Source of the DNA: an uncultured delta proteobacterium
GTDB taxonomy: Bacteria > Myxococcota_A > Polyangia > Polyangiales > Polyangiaceae
Assembly: GCA_963716725.1 (NCBI GenBank)
Contig: CAVQUB010000012.1
Location: 64,001 to 128,000 of the forward strand
Direction of reading: 5' to 3'
Length of the DNA stretch: 64,000 bases
Both the position numbers and the translations under genes were made by a program. Positions 1 to 8,769 of this stretch are shown here, piece by piece. Each line of letters starts with the position of its first letter. The stretch's first letter is position 1. The notes under the pieces are model-generated. The model did not search any database and had not been told where the DNA came from. It saw nothing but the letters and a program-made list of their open reading frames with translations.

Positions 1-90
1 ACGCGCGCACGCGCGCCGGCCTGCCGCCGGACGCAGCCTTCCGTCAACTACTCGACGACACCGACGACAACAACAACGAGGAGAAGTGAC

Positions 91-595
91 ATGTATCGCA
101 AACGATTTGGTCTGACGGGCCATCCGCTGCCCAAGAATGCCCAAGGCAAGACCTTTTACGACGACAGCCCGCCGTACCGCAGGCTCGAGCGAGCCTTCCG
201 GCAACTGGTCGACGAGCCCGGCGTGGGTCTCATCACCGGCGAGCCCGGTGTCGGCAAGACGGCAGCGCTCAGAAACCTGTGCGCGACGCTGCCCAAGCCC
301 GACAACTTGGTGCTCTACCTCTGCGACACCGCCGTTTCGCCGCTCGACCTCTATCGCACGTTGGCGCAGGAGCTCGGCGTCGCGCCGTCCCACCGCCGCG
401 GCCAGCTCTGGACCGACATCAAGAAGGTCCTCGTGCACCTGGTCGACGAGCGACACACCCAGCCGCTCCTCGTGCTCGACGAGGCGCAGCACCTGAGCGA
501 CAAGTTTCTGCTCGACCTCTCCGGTTTTCTCAACTTCGCCTTCGACAGCCGCGAGCTCTTGACCTTGTGGCTGGTGGGACTGCCGGCACTCGGTC
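91..595 (+). pseudogene. ExeA-like AAA ATPase (transposon-associated), 3'-truncated
   Basis: MYRKRFGLTGHP start, Walker A GEPGVGKT, Walker B LVLDEAQHL; family-like sequence stops after LWLVGLPAL and runs into an unrelated fragment. Confidence 0.8.
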
Positions 596-603
596 GCACG
601 CCG

Positions 604-783
604 CTCGCGATGAGCGCCCTCGATCGAGCGACCTCGGCGAGAACCCCGGCAGTCGGCATGGTCCACCACTCGGACCGGGGCAGCGTCTACGCCAGCGGCG
701 ACTACGGCGACGCGCTGGAGAAGCTGGGAGCCGTGAAGAGCATGAGCAGGAAGGGGGACTGCTGGGACAACGCGGTCGCCGAG
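604..783 (+). mobile_element. IS3-family DDE transposase internal fragment
   Basis: VHHSDRGSVYAS...SMSRKGDCWDNAVAE is the IS3 integrase-core signature. Confidence 0.85.
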
Positions 784-1201
784 CCGGCTTTGTGGTGCCT
801 GAATGGCCTAGGGCGCAGATTGGGATTCGAAGAGGAAGTGGAGGCGAAGTCTTGCTCACGCGGGCTCACCAGGACCGCCCGTGGGCTGCCGTCCTGGGGG
901 CAACAGGTTTGTCGCGCTCATCCACCACCGACTTTGCCGCTCTGCTACACGCGCTCGCGGCGCCAAATCTTGTGGGAGGTTAGCTCGCTATCGGCACCTC
1001 CGTAGTTCGTGTCGTTTGCGATTTGGGACGACGAATTTTCGCCGCCGCACGCTCCAGTGCCTTCGCGCGATACTCCAGATCTTGTGCGGCTTGGCGCAAA
1101 CCGCGTGCGCCGCTGCGAGCGACACGCTCCGGCTCATAAACCGTATCGTCGCGCCACATCGCCCAAAGTACGCCGGCCAAGCGCCGCGCCAGGGCGATCA
1201 C
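784..1201 (-). mobile_element. IS110-family remnant: transposase C-terminus (980-1201) plus downstream non-coding end
   Basis: IALARRLAGVLWAMWRDDTVYEP is a typical IS110 C-terminal motif; about 200 bp of non-coding DNA follows the stop. Confidence 0.75.
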
Positions 1202-1217
1202 GGCGACTCGCTTCCCC

Positions 1218-1355
1218 GACCGCCGCGTCGCGGACGCCCGCCGCGAGCGCGCGCTTTGGCGGCTCGGCTACCGGGTGCTCCGGCTCGAGTCCGACCTCGT
1301 GCTCGGTGCGCCCGAGGAAGCGGTGGCGCGGGTGCGCGCGGCGCTCGCAGGCTAG
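1218..1355 (+). pseudogene. DUF559 (Vsr-like) endonuclease, C-terminal fragment
   Basis: Manual translation DRRVADARRERALWRLGYRVLRLESDLVLGAPEEAVARVRAALAG*; no start codon. Confidence 0.75.
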
Positions 1356-1533
1356 GGAACCTCTCTTTCTGGCCCAACTCCCTCGCCAGGGGAAGGCGGG
1401 TGTTCCGAGACCGGGACGCCGGCGCTTGCGGCTGCGTCGTTGCAGAATGCCGTCCAGCGCGTTCATCTGGCTCCGCACCTTGCCAACGTCGACAGCCCGC
1501 AGTCGAGGTCGCCGGCTTCGGCAAGGTGCTAGG

Positions 1534-1944
1534 ATGAGGATCGAGATGACGACCGTGTCGTTGCAGGGATCCGCCGAAGCCCCGGTGCGGGGCGCCTTCC
1601 GTGCGGCCCGGGATGCACACGACCGGGACATCGACCTGAAGCCGATTCAACCTCTGCTCGACCGCATCGTTGCGCTCTGGCGACCTGAGCGCATCTGGTT
1701 GTTCGGGAGCCGCGCGCGCGGCGAAGCACAGGCGGGGAGCGATTGGGATCTCTTTGCTGTCGTGCCCGACGACGTGCCGGACGACCAACTCGAACCGGCC
1801 ATCAGCTGGAGGCTCCGGAAGGAATCGCGAACGCGAGCCGACGTGGTGCCCTGCCATTCCTCGGACTTCCGCGAGGCCCGGGACACGCCGAACACCATGG
1901 CGTACGAAGTCGCGCGGGGGGGCGTGATTCTGTATGAGCGCTGA
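1534..1944 (+). CDS. Minimal nucleotidyltransferase (MNT) antitoxin
   Basis: LFGSRARGEAQAGSDWDL motif; overlaps the HEPN gene. Confidence 0.85.
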   Translation: MRIEMTTVSLQGSAEAPVRGAFRAARDAHDRDIDLKPIQPLLDRIVALWRPERIWLFGSRARGEAQAGSDWDLFAVVPDDVPDDQLEPAISWRLRKESRTRADVVPCHSSDFREARDTPNTMAYEVARGGVILYER

Positions 1945-2374
1945 CGTGGTGATCGCGAACTTCTTGAGGATCGCGAGCCAGGATCTCGAAGGCGCGAAGA
2001 TCCTCGCGGAAGCGAACAATCGAAACGCCGTGTATCTGTGCGAGCAAGCGGCTGAGAAGATCATCCGAGCAGTTCTCACCTCGGAGGGGCAGCATGCGGG
2101 CATCAAGCACTTGCTCGACGAAATGGTGGAAGCAGTCCCCGATGCGAACCCAATCAAGCCGCTTCTGGAGGGGATCGAGCACCTCGCGGCATTTGCCACG
2201 ACGTATCGCTATCCGAGCCCCGCCGGGAGAATCAAGGCGCCGCCTGCCGCAGCCGATCTGACCAAGCATCTGGCCGACGTCGAGGCCGCGTTGACTGAAG
2301 TAGTGAAGCGCTTCGGTGTTGATCTATCGAAGCCGAACGAACCGGCGGCGAACTCTGTACCGATACGAGACTGA
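1934..2374 (+). CDS. HEPN domain protein (MNT-HEPN pair)
   Basis: A..DL..A, YLCEQAAEKIIRAVL, H..L, YRYP motifs. Confidence 0.85.
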   Translation: MSADVVIANFLRIASQDLEGAKILAEANNRNAVYLCEQAAEKIIRAVLTSEGQHAGIKHLLDEMVEAVPDANPIKPLLEGIEHLAAFATTYRYPSPAGRIKAPPAAADLTKHLADVEAALTEVVKRFGVDLSKPNEPAANSVPIRD

Positions 2375-2530
2375 CGAGCCGCGAGAGAGGCTCTGTGCGA
2401 TGTCCATCGCACGCCTGTTCCGGTGGGACGAGCGGACCTGTCGTGCCTCGGCCCGGCGCAGCGGTCGACGAAGCGCCCGGAGTGCCTCGGCGGCGCGGTG
2501 GTCGGGCCCCGCTCGTCAGCGCACGCTCTG

Positions 2531-2569
2531 CGCCCTGGGTCGCGAAGCCCGCCCACCACGCCGGGCCTC
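2531..2569. repeat. 39-bp direct repeat, identical to 6629-6667
   Basis: CGCCCTGGGTCGCGAAGCCCGCCCACCACGCCGGGCCTC at both positions. Confidence 0.9.
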
Positions 2570-2600
2570 TCTTCCTGCCCCCACTCGCCTCGCTGCGCTC
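2570..2600. repeat. Junction motif, copy 1
   Basis: TCTTCCTGCCCCCACTCGCCTCGCTGCGCTC; aligns with 3604-3635 with about 4 differences. Confidence 0.7.
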
Positions 2601-2852
2601 GGCGGTCTCCCCCAACGCCGGTGCGCGCGGGCGGTGGCGCTTTGCTCAGACCGGAGCGCGGGTGGCGCATGCCCCCGCGCACGCGGCGGGGGGAGACGCG
2701 CGTTTGGGCGTGTCGGTGGCCGTGCTGGGGGGAGCGGAGTCGACGGTGTTGCCGGCGCGCACACTCCCGTGTCGTGACTCGATACCACCGCGGCCCTTTC
2801 CCTGGCGTTTGGGTGACCTACCGAATGGCTCAACGCATGCAAGTGGCGCTGC

Positions 2853-3380
2853 ATGTCCTTGTCTCGGGTCGGAACCGTCCGCGCCGCGGTGGTCCTCGCC
2901 ATGTCTCCGGTGGCGGCGCTGCTCGCTTGCGACGTGGGAGACCTGGACTTCCAGTTGTTCAGCGGCGCTGACGGGGGCTCGGGTGAGTCCGGGTGGTTCA
3001 AAGGGGAGTGCAAGACCGACCAGCACTGCGAGGCGGGGCAGTGCTGTGTGCACTTTCTCGGCGGGTCGTGCGAAGACTTGGTTTGGACCAGTTCGACGCA
3101 GCCCATCTGTTTCAACTCTGGGGACGATCACGACGGGCTTTGCGCCTGTTTCCCGCCCCAGGCCCAGCCGATGTGCCCACCGGCGATACTCGAGCCCCCG
3201 GTGAAGCCCGAGTGCGCGCCCCGCCCTTACGTGAAGTGCGCGATGCTCTGCCCCGAGCAGGTCTGCGCGTGTTCCACGCAAGAGCTGGATCTATCTGACG
3301 TTGGAGTCGAAGTGCCGAGCTGTCCCCCGTCGGACTGGTCGATTACGTGCCCAAGCGCAGACGGCGGAGTCGCCGATTGA
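2853..3380 (+). CDS. Cys-rich lipoprotein
   Basis: Signal peptide with lipobox LLAC, many Cys. Confidence 0.7.
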   Translation: MSLSRVGTVRAAVVLAMSPVAALLACDVGDLDFQLFSGADGGSGESGWFKGECKTDQHCEAGQCCVHFLGGSCEDLVWTSSTQPICFNSGDDHDGLCACFPPQAQPMCPPAILEPPVKPECAPRPYVKCAMLCPEQVCACSTQELDLSDVGVEVPSCPPSDWSITCPSADGGVAD

Positions 3381-3391
3381 CGAGGCGCTTC

Positions 3392-3603
3392 GCGCGAGCC
3401 CGCCACCCTCACCGCACCCGAACCCAAGTCCCCGGTCCCCGATCGTCGCCGCTGCGCACGCTGTGCCACGCATCGGGCACCTGGGGCTCCGTCCACGAAA
3501 ACAGCCACTTCGCGTCGCGGACCGAGAGGTTGACGCAGCCGCCGCTCTTCGGCTCACCGAAGCGATCGTGCCAGTAGGCCGCATGCAAGGCGAAGGGCAT
3601 GTG
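3392..3603 (-). repeat. 212-bp exact duplicate of the L,D-transpeptidase 3' end (6929-7140)
   Basis: Base-by-base identity; encodes [11 protein letters not shown]...TWVRVR* plus 17 bp downstream. Confidence 0.95.
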
Positions 3604-3635
3604 TCTTCCTGCCCCAACTCGCCGCCGCTGCACTC
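3604..3635. repeat. Junction motif, copy 2
   Basis: TCTTCCTGCCCCAACTCGCCGCCGCTGCACTC; 3608-3628 identical to 38216-38236. Confidence 0.8.
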
Positions 3636-3711
3636 CTTCGAGTATCGCGAAGCGCGTCGCGGCGTCGGTCTTCCCCAAACTCGGGCTTTGCCCGAGCGGG
3701 GAAGACGGGCG

Positions 3712-3930
3712 TGGGTTCCGAGGTACTTCGGCGTCCTTTCGAGGCACTCGTCGCGCCGCCGACTCGTCGTGCCTGCTCCCCCGCCCGACGCGACCGCGCA
3801 CAAGCCCCCGCCCGCCCGCGGCGATCAGCTTGAGCTGCTCGGCGAGACAGACGACGCACCCGCTCCGCGAGCCCCTTGGGGATCCCCGAAGGGGGACAAA
3901 CGACGGGCCTGGCTCCTGGCGCATGTGTTG
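3712..3930 (+). mobile_element. IS91-family (rolling-circle) transposase C-terminal fragment
   Basis: [18 protein letters not shown]...RRAWLLAHV resembles the IS91 RY.GV and W..LL..V motifs. Confidence 0.6.
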
Positions 3931-4184
3931 ACCACGCGAAGGTGCGCCTGCCCGAGCAGTTGGTGCTGGGGTTCGGGAAGGAGTGAGGCAGGCGCCAAGC
4001 GCCTCGCCGAGCGCGAACGTGTGTCCTCTGCAGCGCGCGACGCCGAAAATCCTGCCGCGCTCTACCTTTGCGGGGCCCCGAGCGGGTTCACGGGCCAGCC
4101 CTCGACCGCGCGCATGCCTGCGCGTACTGTTCGACTCGGTGGGTTTTGGCAGTTCGTTTTCCCTACGCGCCCGTCGTCCTGAGC

Positions 4185-4736
4185 ATGAGCGTGTTCTTGT
4201 CATGCTCAGGACTCGTCGCGCAGGACTTGATAGGTGCGGATGCCGCCCCGGAACCCGATGCTGGCGACGGGGCGGCTGCTGCTGACGGAGTAGTGGACTC
4301 TGGTGACGGATTAGATGCTGCTGACGGGGTGGCAAACGCAGATGGAGTCGCAGGTGCCGACAGCAGCTGGTCCGACGCCACCGCGGCGACTGACGCGCCT
4401 CAAGGGTGTGACGGGGATGAGCATGAAACGTCTTTGGGGTGCGTTTCGTGCGAGGCTGCGTTGGAGCTCGTGGCATCGACGATCGGGTCCTTGGTGCTGA
4501 ACGCGAAAACCTGCGACAAAGCGATTGACTGCGCACTAGCAGCCGTATCTGTCGTCCCGTGCTACAAACGTTGCGCAGAGCCTGTCTCTGCGAAGCACGT
4601 AGATACGCTGTCAGGCCAACTCAAGGAAGTCGCGAAGGGCGATCTCTGTTTCTGCGCAGACAAGCCTCCGGACTGCATTGACGCATCCCTGCAAAAAGTC
4701 GGTTGTCTTGGCGGGCTCTGCCAATTCCTTCCTTGA
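4185..4736 (+). CDS. Cys-rich secreted or lipoprotein-like protein with atypical codon usage
   Basis: DA/DG-rich linker, Cys-rich C-terminus, many A/T-ending codons; start uncertain. Confidence 0.6.
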   Translation: MSVFLSCSGLVAQDLIGADAAPEPDAGDGAAAADGVVDSGDGLDAADGVANADGVAGADSSWSDATAATDAPQGCDGDEHETSLGCVSCEAALELVASTIGSLVLNAKTCDKAIDCALAAVSVVPCYKRCAEPVSAKHVDTLSGQLKEVAKGDLCFCADKPPDCIDASLQKVGCLGGLCQFLP

Positions 4737-5181
4737 TCGTCGTCCGCGAGAGAGCGTGGCTGTTCGACCATCTACGGTCACGGCGCCCACACCCCGAACG
4801 GGCACGTGGATGCATACCACGCGAACACGAGACCCAAAGCCCACCACGCGATGGACCGGGCCATCGGCCACCGCGAAAGCAGCCATGCGAGGGCGACGAC
4901 GAGATAAGCGTTTGCCGCTTGGTAGCGGGCAAACGAAATGAGTGAAGGGGAAAAAAACGGCAGCAACCAAAGTGCTAACCCAAGCCCCGCCAATGCGTAG
5001 AGGATTCCCGCGCGGCGGCGAACAAAGAAGAGGGGCAAAGTGACAACGGCAGCTAAAACGCTCCTGCGTGCGGTATCTCCTCCTTCCTACACACGGCGCC
5101 CAGCGCTGCACCGCCCTGGCGCAACTGCGAGGGTCGCGGGCACGGCCTGGAGCGACGCGCGGTGGGCGCTATCACCGGCGC

Positions 5182-6345
5182 ATGCGGGGACGATGGCGTG
5201 GGTTGAAAGGGCTGTGGCTCGCGTGCGCGCTGGGCGCCTGCTCGTCGGAAGAGACTTCCCCAAGCGGCGCGAGGTGTACACCCGGGCAGTCGGCGCAGTG
5301 CGCCTGCGCCAACGGGCAGACCGGCGCCCAGATCTGCCAGGGCGACGGCACGTTCGCGGGCTGTGTCTGCGGCGGGAGCGGTGGTGGCGCGGGGCACGCG
5401 AGCGGAGGAACGGGAGGCCAGTCGACCGGGGGCGGGGCGGGCCAGTCGATCGGCGGGACGGGCGGTTCCGTGCCCGGCGAATCTCTTACCGGCGAGTGGA
5501 GCAAGGTGTTCCCGGGCGGCTTCGAGATCGCTGCGCTGGCGGTCGATGCTTCCGGGACGCTGGTCGTGGCTGGCGCGAGCTCGGCTCCGGTGGATTTCGA
5601 GAACGGTCCGGTTGGCAAGACGATGACCGGCTGGGCCAAACAACTGCTGATCGCTGGCTTCGACTCGAGCGGCCAGCGCAAGTTCGCCTTCGCCAAGGAT
5701 GCCGGGCGCATCGACGCGCAAACGTTGTCCATCCGACCCGTGGCCCAGGATCGGATCGTGGTTCAGGGCGAGACCACGGTGATCAGCCAGGGCTCGGGCC
5801 CGAGCGTGAAGTACACGCTCGTCTGGCCGTGCGGAACGGCACCTTCCAGCATCGGGAGCGGCGTACACTTCGTCGTCGAGCTCGACCAGGTGGGCAACTG
5901 CATCTGGGATCACACCTATCCGGCGGATGGCTACTCTCAGTTGCCGACCGCCGTGGTGTCTCCGAAGGACGGCTCGGTGTTCGTCACCGCCGTTGGGCAG
6001 TGGGGGACGCCGGTGACTCGGCGCTACCTCGCAAACGGCACTGAGCGCTGGCAGAAGGCGTTCGGGGGCAGCGCGCTCACCGCTCTGTCCACCGGCCATG
6101 TGCTGCTCGCGAGCTACAATCCGTTGACGCTACCTTCGGGAACGGTCGCCGGCCTGTTCGCGCTGGCTAGGCTGGACAGCACGGGCGGCGTCGTCGCTGG
6201 AAACGCCTGGGGCACCAGTGTCTACGACCCCACGCGCCAGCTCGTGGGCTTCGACATCGGCGGCAACGATCTCGTGGCGCTCGCTTTGCGCTACACCGGT
6301 ACCGTCGACTTGGGTGGCGGGCCTCGCACCTCTACCAATGCTGGC
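5182..6345 (+). pseudogene. Lipoprotein with Cys-rich module and beta-propeller (SBBP-like) repeats, 3'-truncated
   Basis: Lipobox LGAC, CTPGQSAQCAC module, Gly linker, WSKVF/WQKAFG repeats; coding character is lost after GTVDLGGGP. Confidence 0.7.
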
Positions 6346-6385
6346 GCCAGCCCGTCGAAGTCCCGAGCTCGGCCGCCGCGTACCC

Positions 6386-6493
6386 TTCGAGCCGGTGGGC
6401 GTCATGCGTCGGTACGAGCGCGGTGCGGACGGCGCCTACCACGACGGCATGCTGCTCGACCTCTTGCCCGAGGACTTGAACCGCGGGAAGTAG
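6386..6493 (+). pseudogene. GNAT (AAC(6')-like) acetyltransferase C-terminal fragment
   Basis: FEPVGVMRRYERGADGAYHDGMLLDLL*. Confidence 0.6.
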
Positions 6494-6547
6494 GGCAGTC
6501 GGGGAGAATTTGCTCGCCCCGCAGTGCGCGCTCTCTCCGCTTCAGCG

Positions 6548-6628
6548 CCCCCCGGGATGTCCGGGATGATGACGGTCTGGCCGTGCGACTCTTGGTCCGT
6601 CTTGCTGTGGGGGATCGTCAAGAGCAGC
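6548..6628 (-). mobile_element. Tyrosine recombinase internal fragment
   Basis: LLLTIPHSKTDQESHGQTVIIP resembles the catalytic-Lys SKTDQ motif of Cre-like integrases. Confidence 0.6.
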
Positions 6629-6677
6629 CGCCCTGGGTCGCGAAGCCCGCCCACCACGCCGGGCCTCGGAGGAACCC

Positions 6678-6936
6678 ATGCTTGCCCGTGACCGTCATCA
6701 GCTCCGCCGCCAGCAAACCCCCGCCGAACGCGCCGCCGAGATGCGCGCCGTGCCCACCCGCTCGGAGGCTGCCCTCTGGGCAATGCTCCGCGCTCGAAAA
6801 CTCGGCGCGTCGGTGCGGCGTCAGGTGGTGATCGGCCAGCACGTGGTCGACTTCTTGGTGCCCGCTCGCAAGCTCGTCGTCGAAGTCGACGGCGGGTGCC
6901 ACCGCGACCGCCGCGTGGCGGACGCCCGGCGCGAGC
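6678..6936 (+). pseudogene. DUF559 endonuclease, N-terminal part, interrupted
   Basis: GGAGG RBS; MR..PT.SEAALW..LR, RRQ..IG..VVDFL, LVVEVDGGCH, DARRE, then a break. Confidence 0.8.
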
Positions 6937-6945
6937 CCGCCACCC

Positions 6946-8664
6946 TCACCGCACCCGAACCCAAGTCCCCGGTCCCCGATCGTCGCCGCTGCGCACGCTG
7001 TGCCACGCATCGGGCACCTGGGGCTCCGTCCACGAAAACAGCCACTTCGCGTCGCGGACCGAGAGGTTGACGCAGCCGCCGCTCTTCGGCTCACCGAAGC
7101 GATCGTGCCAGTAGGCCGCATGCAAGGCGAAGGGCATGTGGAAAAACTGCGTGAAGGGGACCTCCGAGAGGTAGTAGCTCTTGCGCTCGGGGTCGGGCGT
7201 CATGGTCGTCGATCGGTGCTTCCACTCGATGCGGAAGGTGCCCGTCGGCGTGGTGAACTTCGCGGGCGCGCCGTTGTCGCGTTTGTAGCCGTTGGCGCCC
7301 GGCGAGATCAGCGTGGCGAAGATCGCGCGATCGCCCTCGTAGGCGACCAACGTGCCCCTGAAGATGCTGATGTCCACCCACTTCTCGCCGGCGGCTAGCG
7401 AGAAGCCTCGGGGCGGACGCTCGTCGATCATCGTGGCGTCGCGCTCGCGGATGAAGCCGCCGTCGGTCGTCTCCAGGTAGCGGACGTTGCGCTCCTTGCG
7501 GTAGCGGCCCGTCAGGCCCATCCAGGACAATCGCGTCCAGCTGCCCGGCGTCTCGCGCATCGCACCCGGCGTGGTGTCCTCACGAAAGCCGGCCAGCGGA
7601 TCGGGGTCGTCCGCGCGTGGTTCGTGAACATCGAGCTCCTCCTCGAAGCTCACCGGGGTCAGATCCGAGGCCGTTGCGATCACGCGGTACTTGGGCTTGT
7701 CGTCGTGCCTCACGAAGGCGAGGGGCAAGCGCACGCGCTCGCCGTCGATCTGCACTCCCACGAAGGGCGAGGGCTCGAGGGGGGCGAGTTTGTCCTTGGG
7801 GGCGACCAGCAGATCGTCGGTCAGGACCCAGCTGCGGCCGTCGACCACGAACTCGTCGGTCCACGCGATGGCCGAGCGAGCGGGGATCCACTTGGCGAAG
7901 GGGCGCGTCTCGTGAGGTGCGCTGGCCAGCGATGCAGGGGAGAGGGCACCGGTGGCGAATACGTTCGGGGGCGCGCCGGTGGCAGCGGCGAGATCGACGT
8001 CCTTCAGCGCCGCGGGAACGCGGACCGGATCGCGACCCTCGCGCTGCGCGGTGCGGAGCTCTTCGAGGCGGGCGAGGTGAGCGTCGAGCTCGAACTCGAC
8101 CCGGCGTTGCTCGTCGGCGGTCGGGATCTTCCGATAGAGCAGCCCCTCGCGCGAGGTGCTCCAGCCCAGGGGCGCCGCGGCATCGAAGTCGCCGTGGTGG
8201 CTGCGCTTGGCGACGATGATCGGGTGCGAGTCCACGTCGAGCGTGGTACTCGGATCGAGACAGACGTAGCCCGCCGGCTCGACCGCGTACCAGCCCTTGC
8301 TGCAGCCATCGGTCCCCTTCGAAGCAGCGTCGCGCAGGGGCACGACCGCGCCGATGTGAAGCTGGCCGATCTCAGGCGAGGTTTGGCGGGGGCTCTGCCG
8401 AACGAAGACGCGGGACGACAGCGCGCCGATGCGCGGCGGTGGCGGCGTTGGCGCGACCTGAGCGGCGGGCGCGACCTGAGCGGCGGGCGCGACCTGAGCG
8501 GCGGGTGCCGGACCGTCGGCGGCGAGTGTCGTGGTGGCTGCGGCGGTGGGCTCGGACTCGGTCGTTGTCGACGCCGCGGGTGACGGAGTGACGGATGACG
8601 GCCGACAGGCCGCGAGCACGAGCGCGAGCGCGGTGCCCAGGACCAGCCGACGTTCCAGAGACAT
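6946..8664 (-). CDS. L,D-transpeptidase (YkuD family) lipoprotein
   Basis: Lipobox [34 protein letters not shown]; 18-bp tandem repeat x3 (AAQVAP). Confidence 0.9.
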   Translation of the reverse strand: MSLERRLVLGTALALVLAACRPSSVTPSPAASTTTESEPTAAATTTLAADGPAPAAQVAPAAQVAPAAQVAPTPPPPRIGALSSRVFVRQSPRQTSPEIGQLHIGAVVPLRDAASKGTDGCSKGWYAVEPAGYVCLDPSTTLDVDSHPIIVAKRSHHGDFDAAAPLGWSTSREGLLYRKIPTADEQRRVEFELDAHLARLEELRTAQREGRDPVRVPAALKDVDLAAATGAPPNVFATGALSPASLASAPHETRPFAKWIPARSAIAWTDEFVVDGRSWVLTDDLLVAPKDKLAPLEPSPFVGVQIDGERVRLPLAFVRHDDKPKYRVIATASDLTPVSFEEELDVHEPRADDPDPLAGFREDTTPGAMRETPGSWTRLSWMGLTGRYRKERNVRYLETTDGGFIRERDATMIDERPPRGFSLAAGEKWVDISIFRGTLVAYEGDRAIFATLISPGANGYKRDNGAPAKFTTPTGTFRIEWKHRSTTMTPDPERKSYYLSEVPFTQFFHMPFALHAAYWHDRFGEPKSGGCVNLSVRDAKWLFSWTEPQVPDAWHSVRSGDDRGPGTWVRVR

Positions 8665-8769
8665 GGCGCGAATATCGCGGAGGACCGCTGATCCGGCCCA
8701 GATCCTTGAGACCGAGCTCGATGGGCGGCTCGATCTCGCGCGAATCATCGTGGGGCGAGCAACGGGCGC

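Noticed and set aside
1..89. 3' end of an upstream transposase (FRQLLDDTDDNNNEEK*)
   Set aside because: Plausible partner of the ExeA ATPase but too little sequence to support
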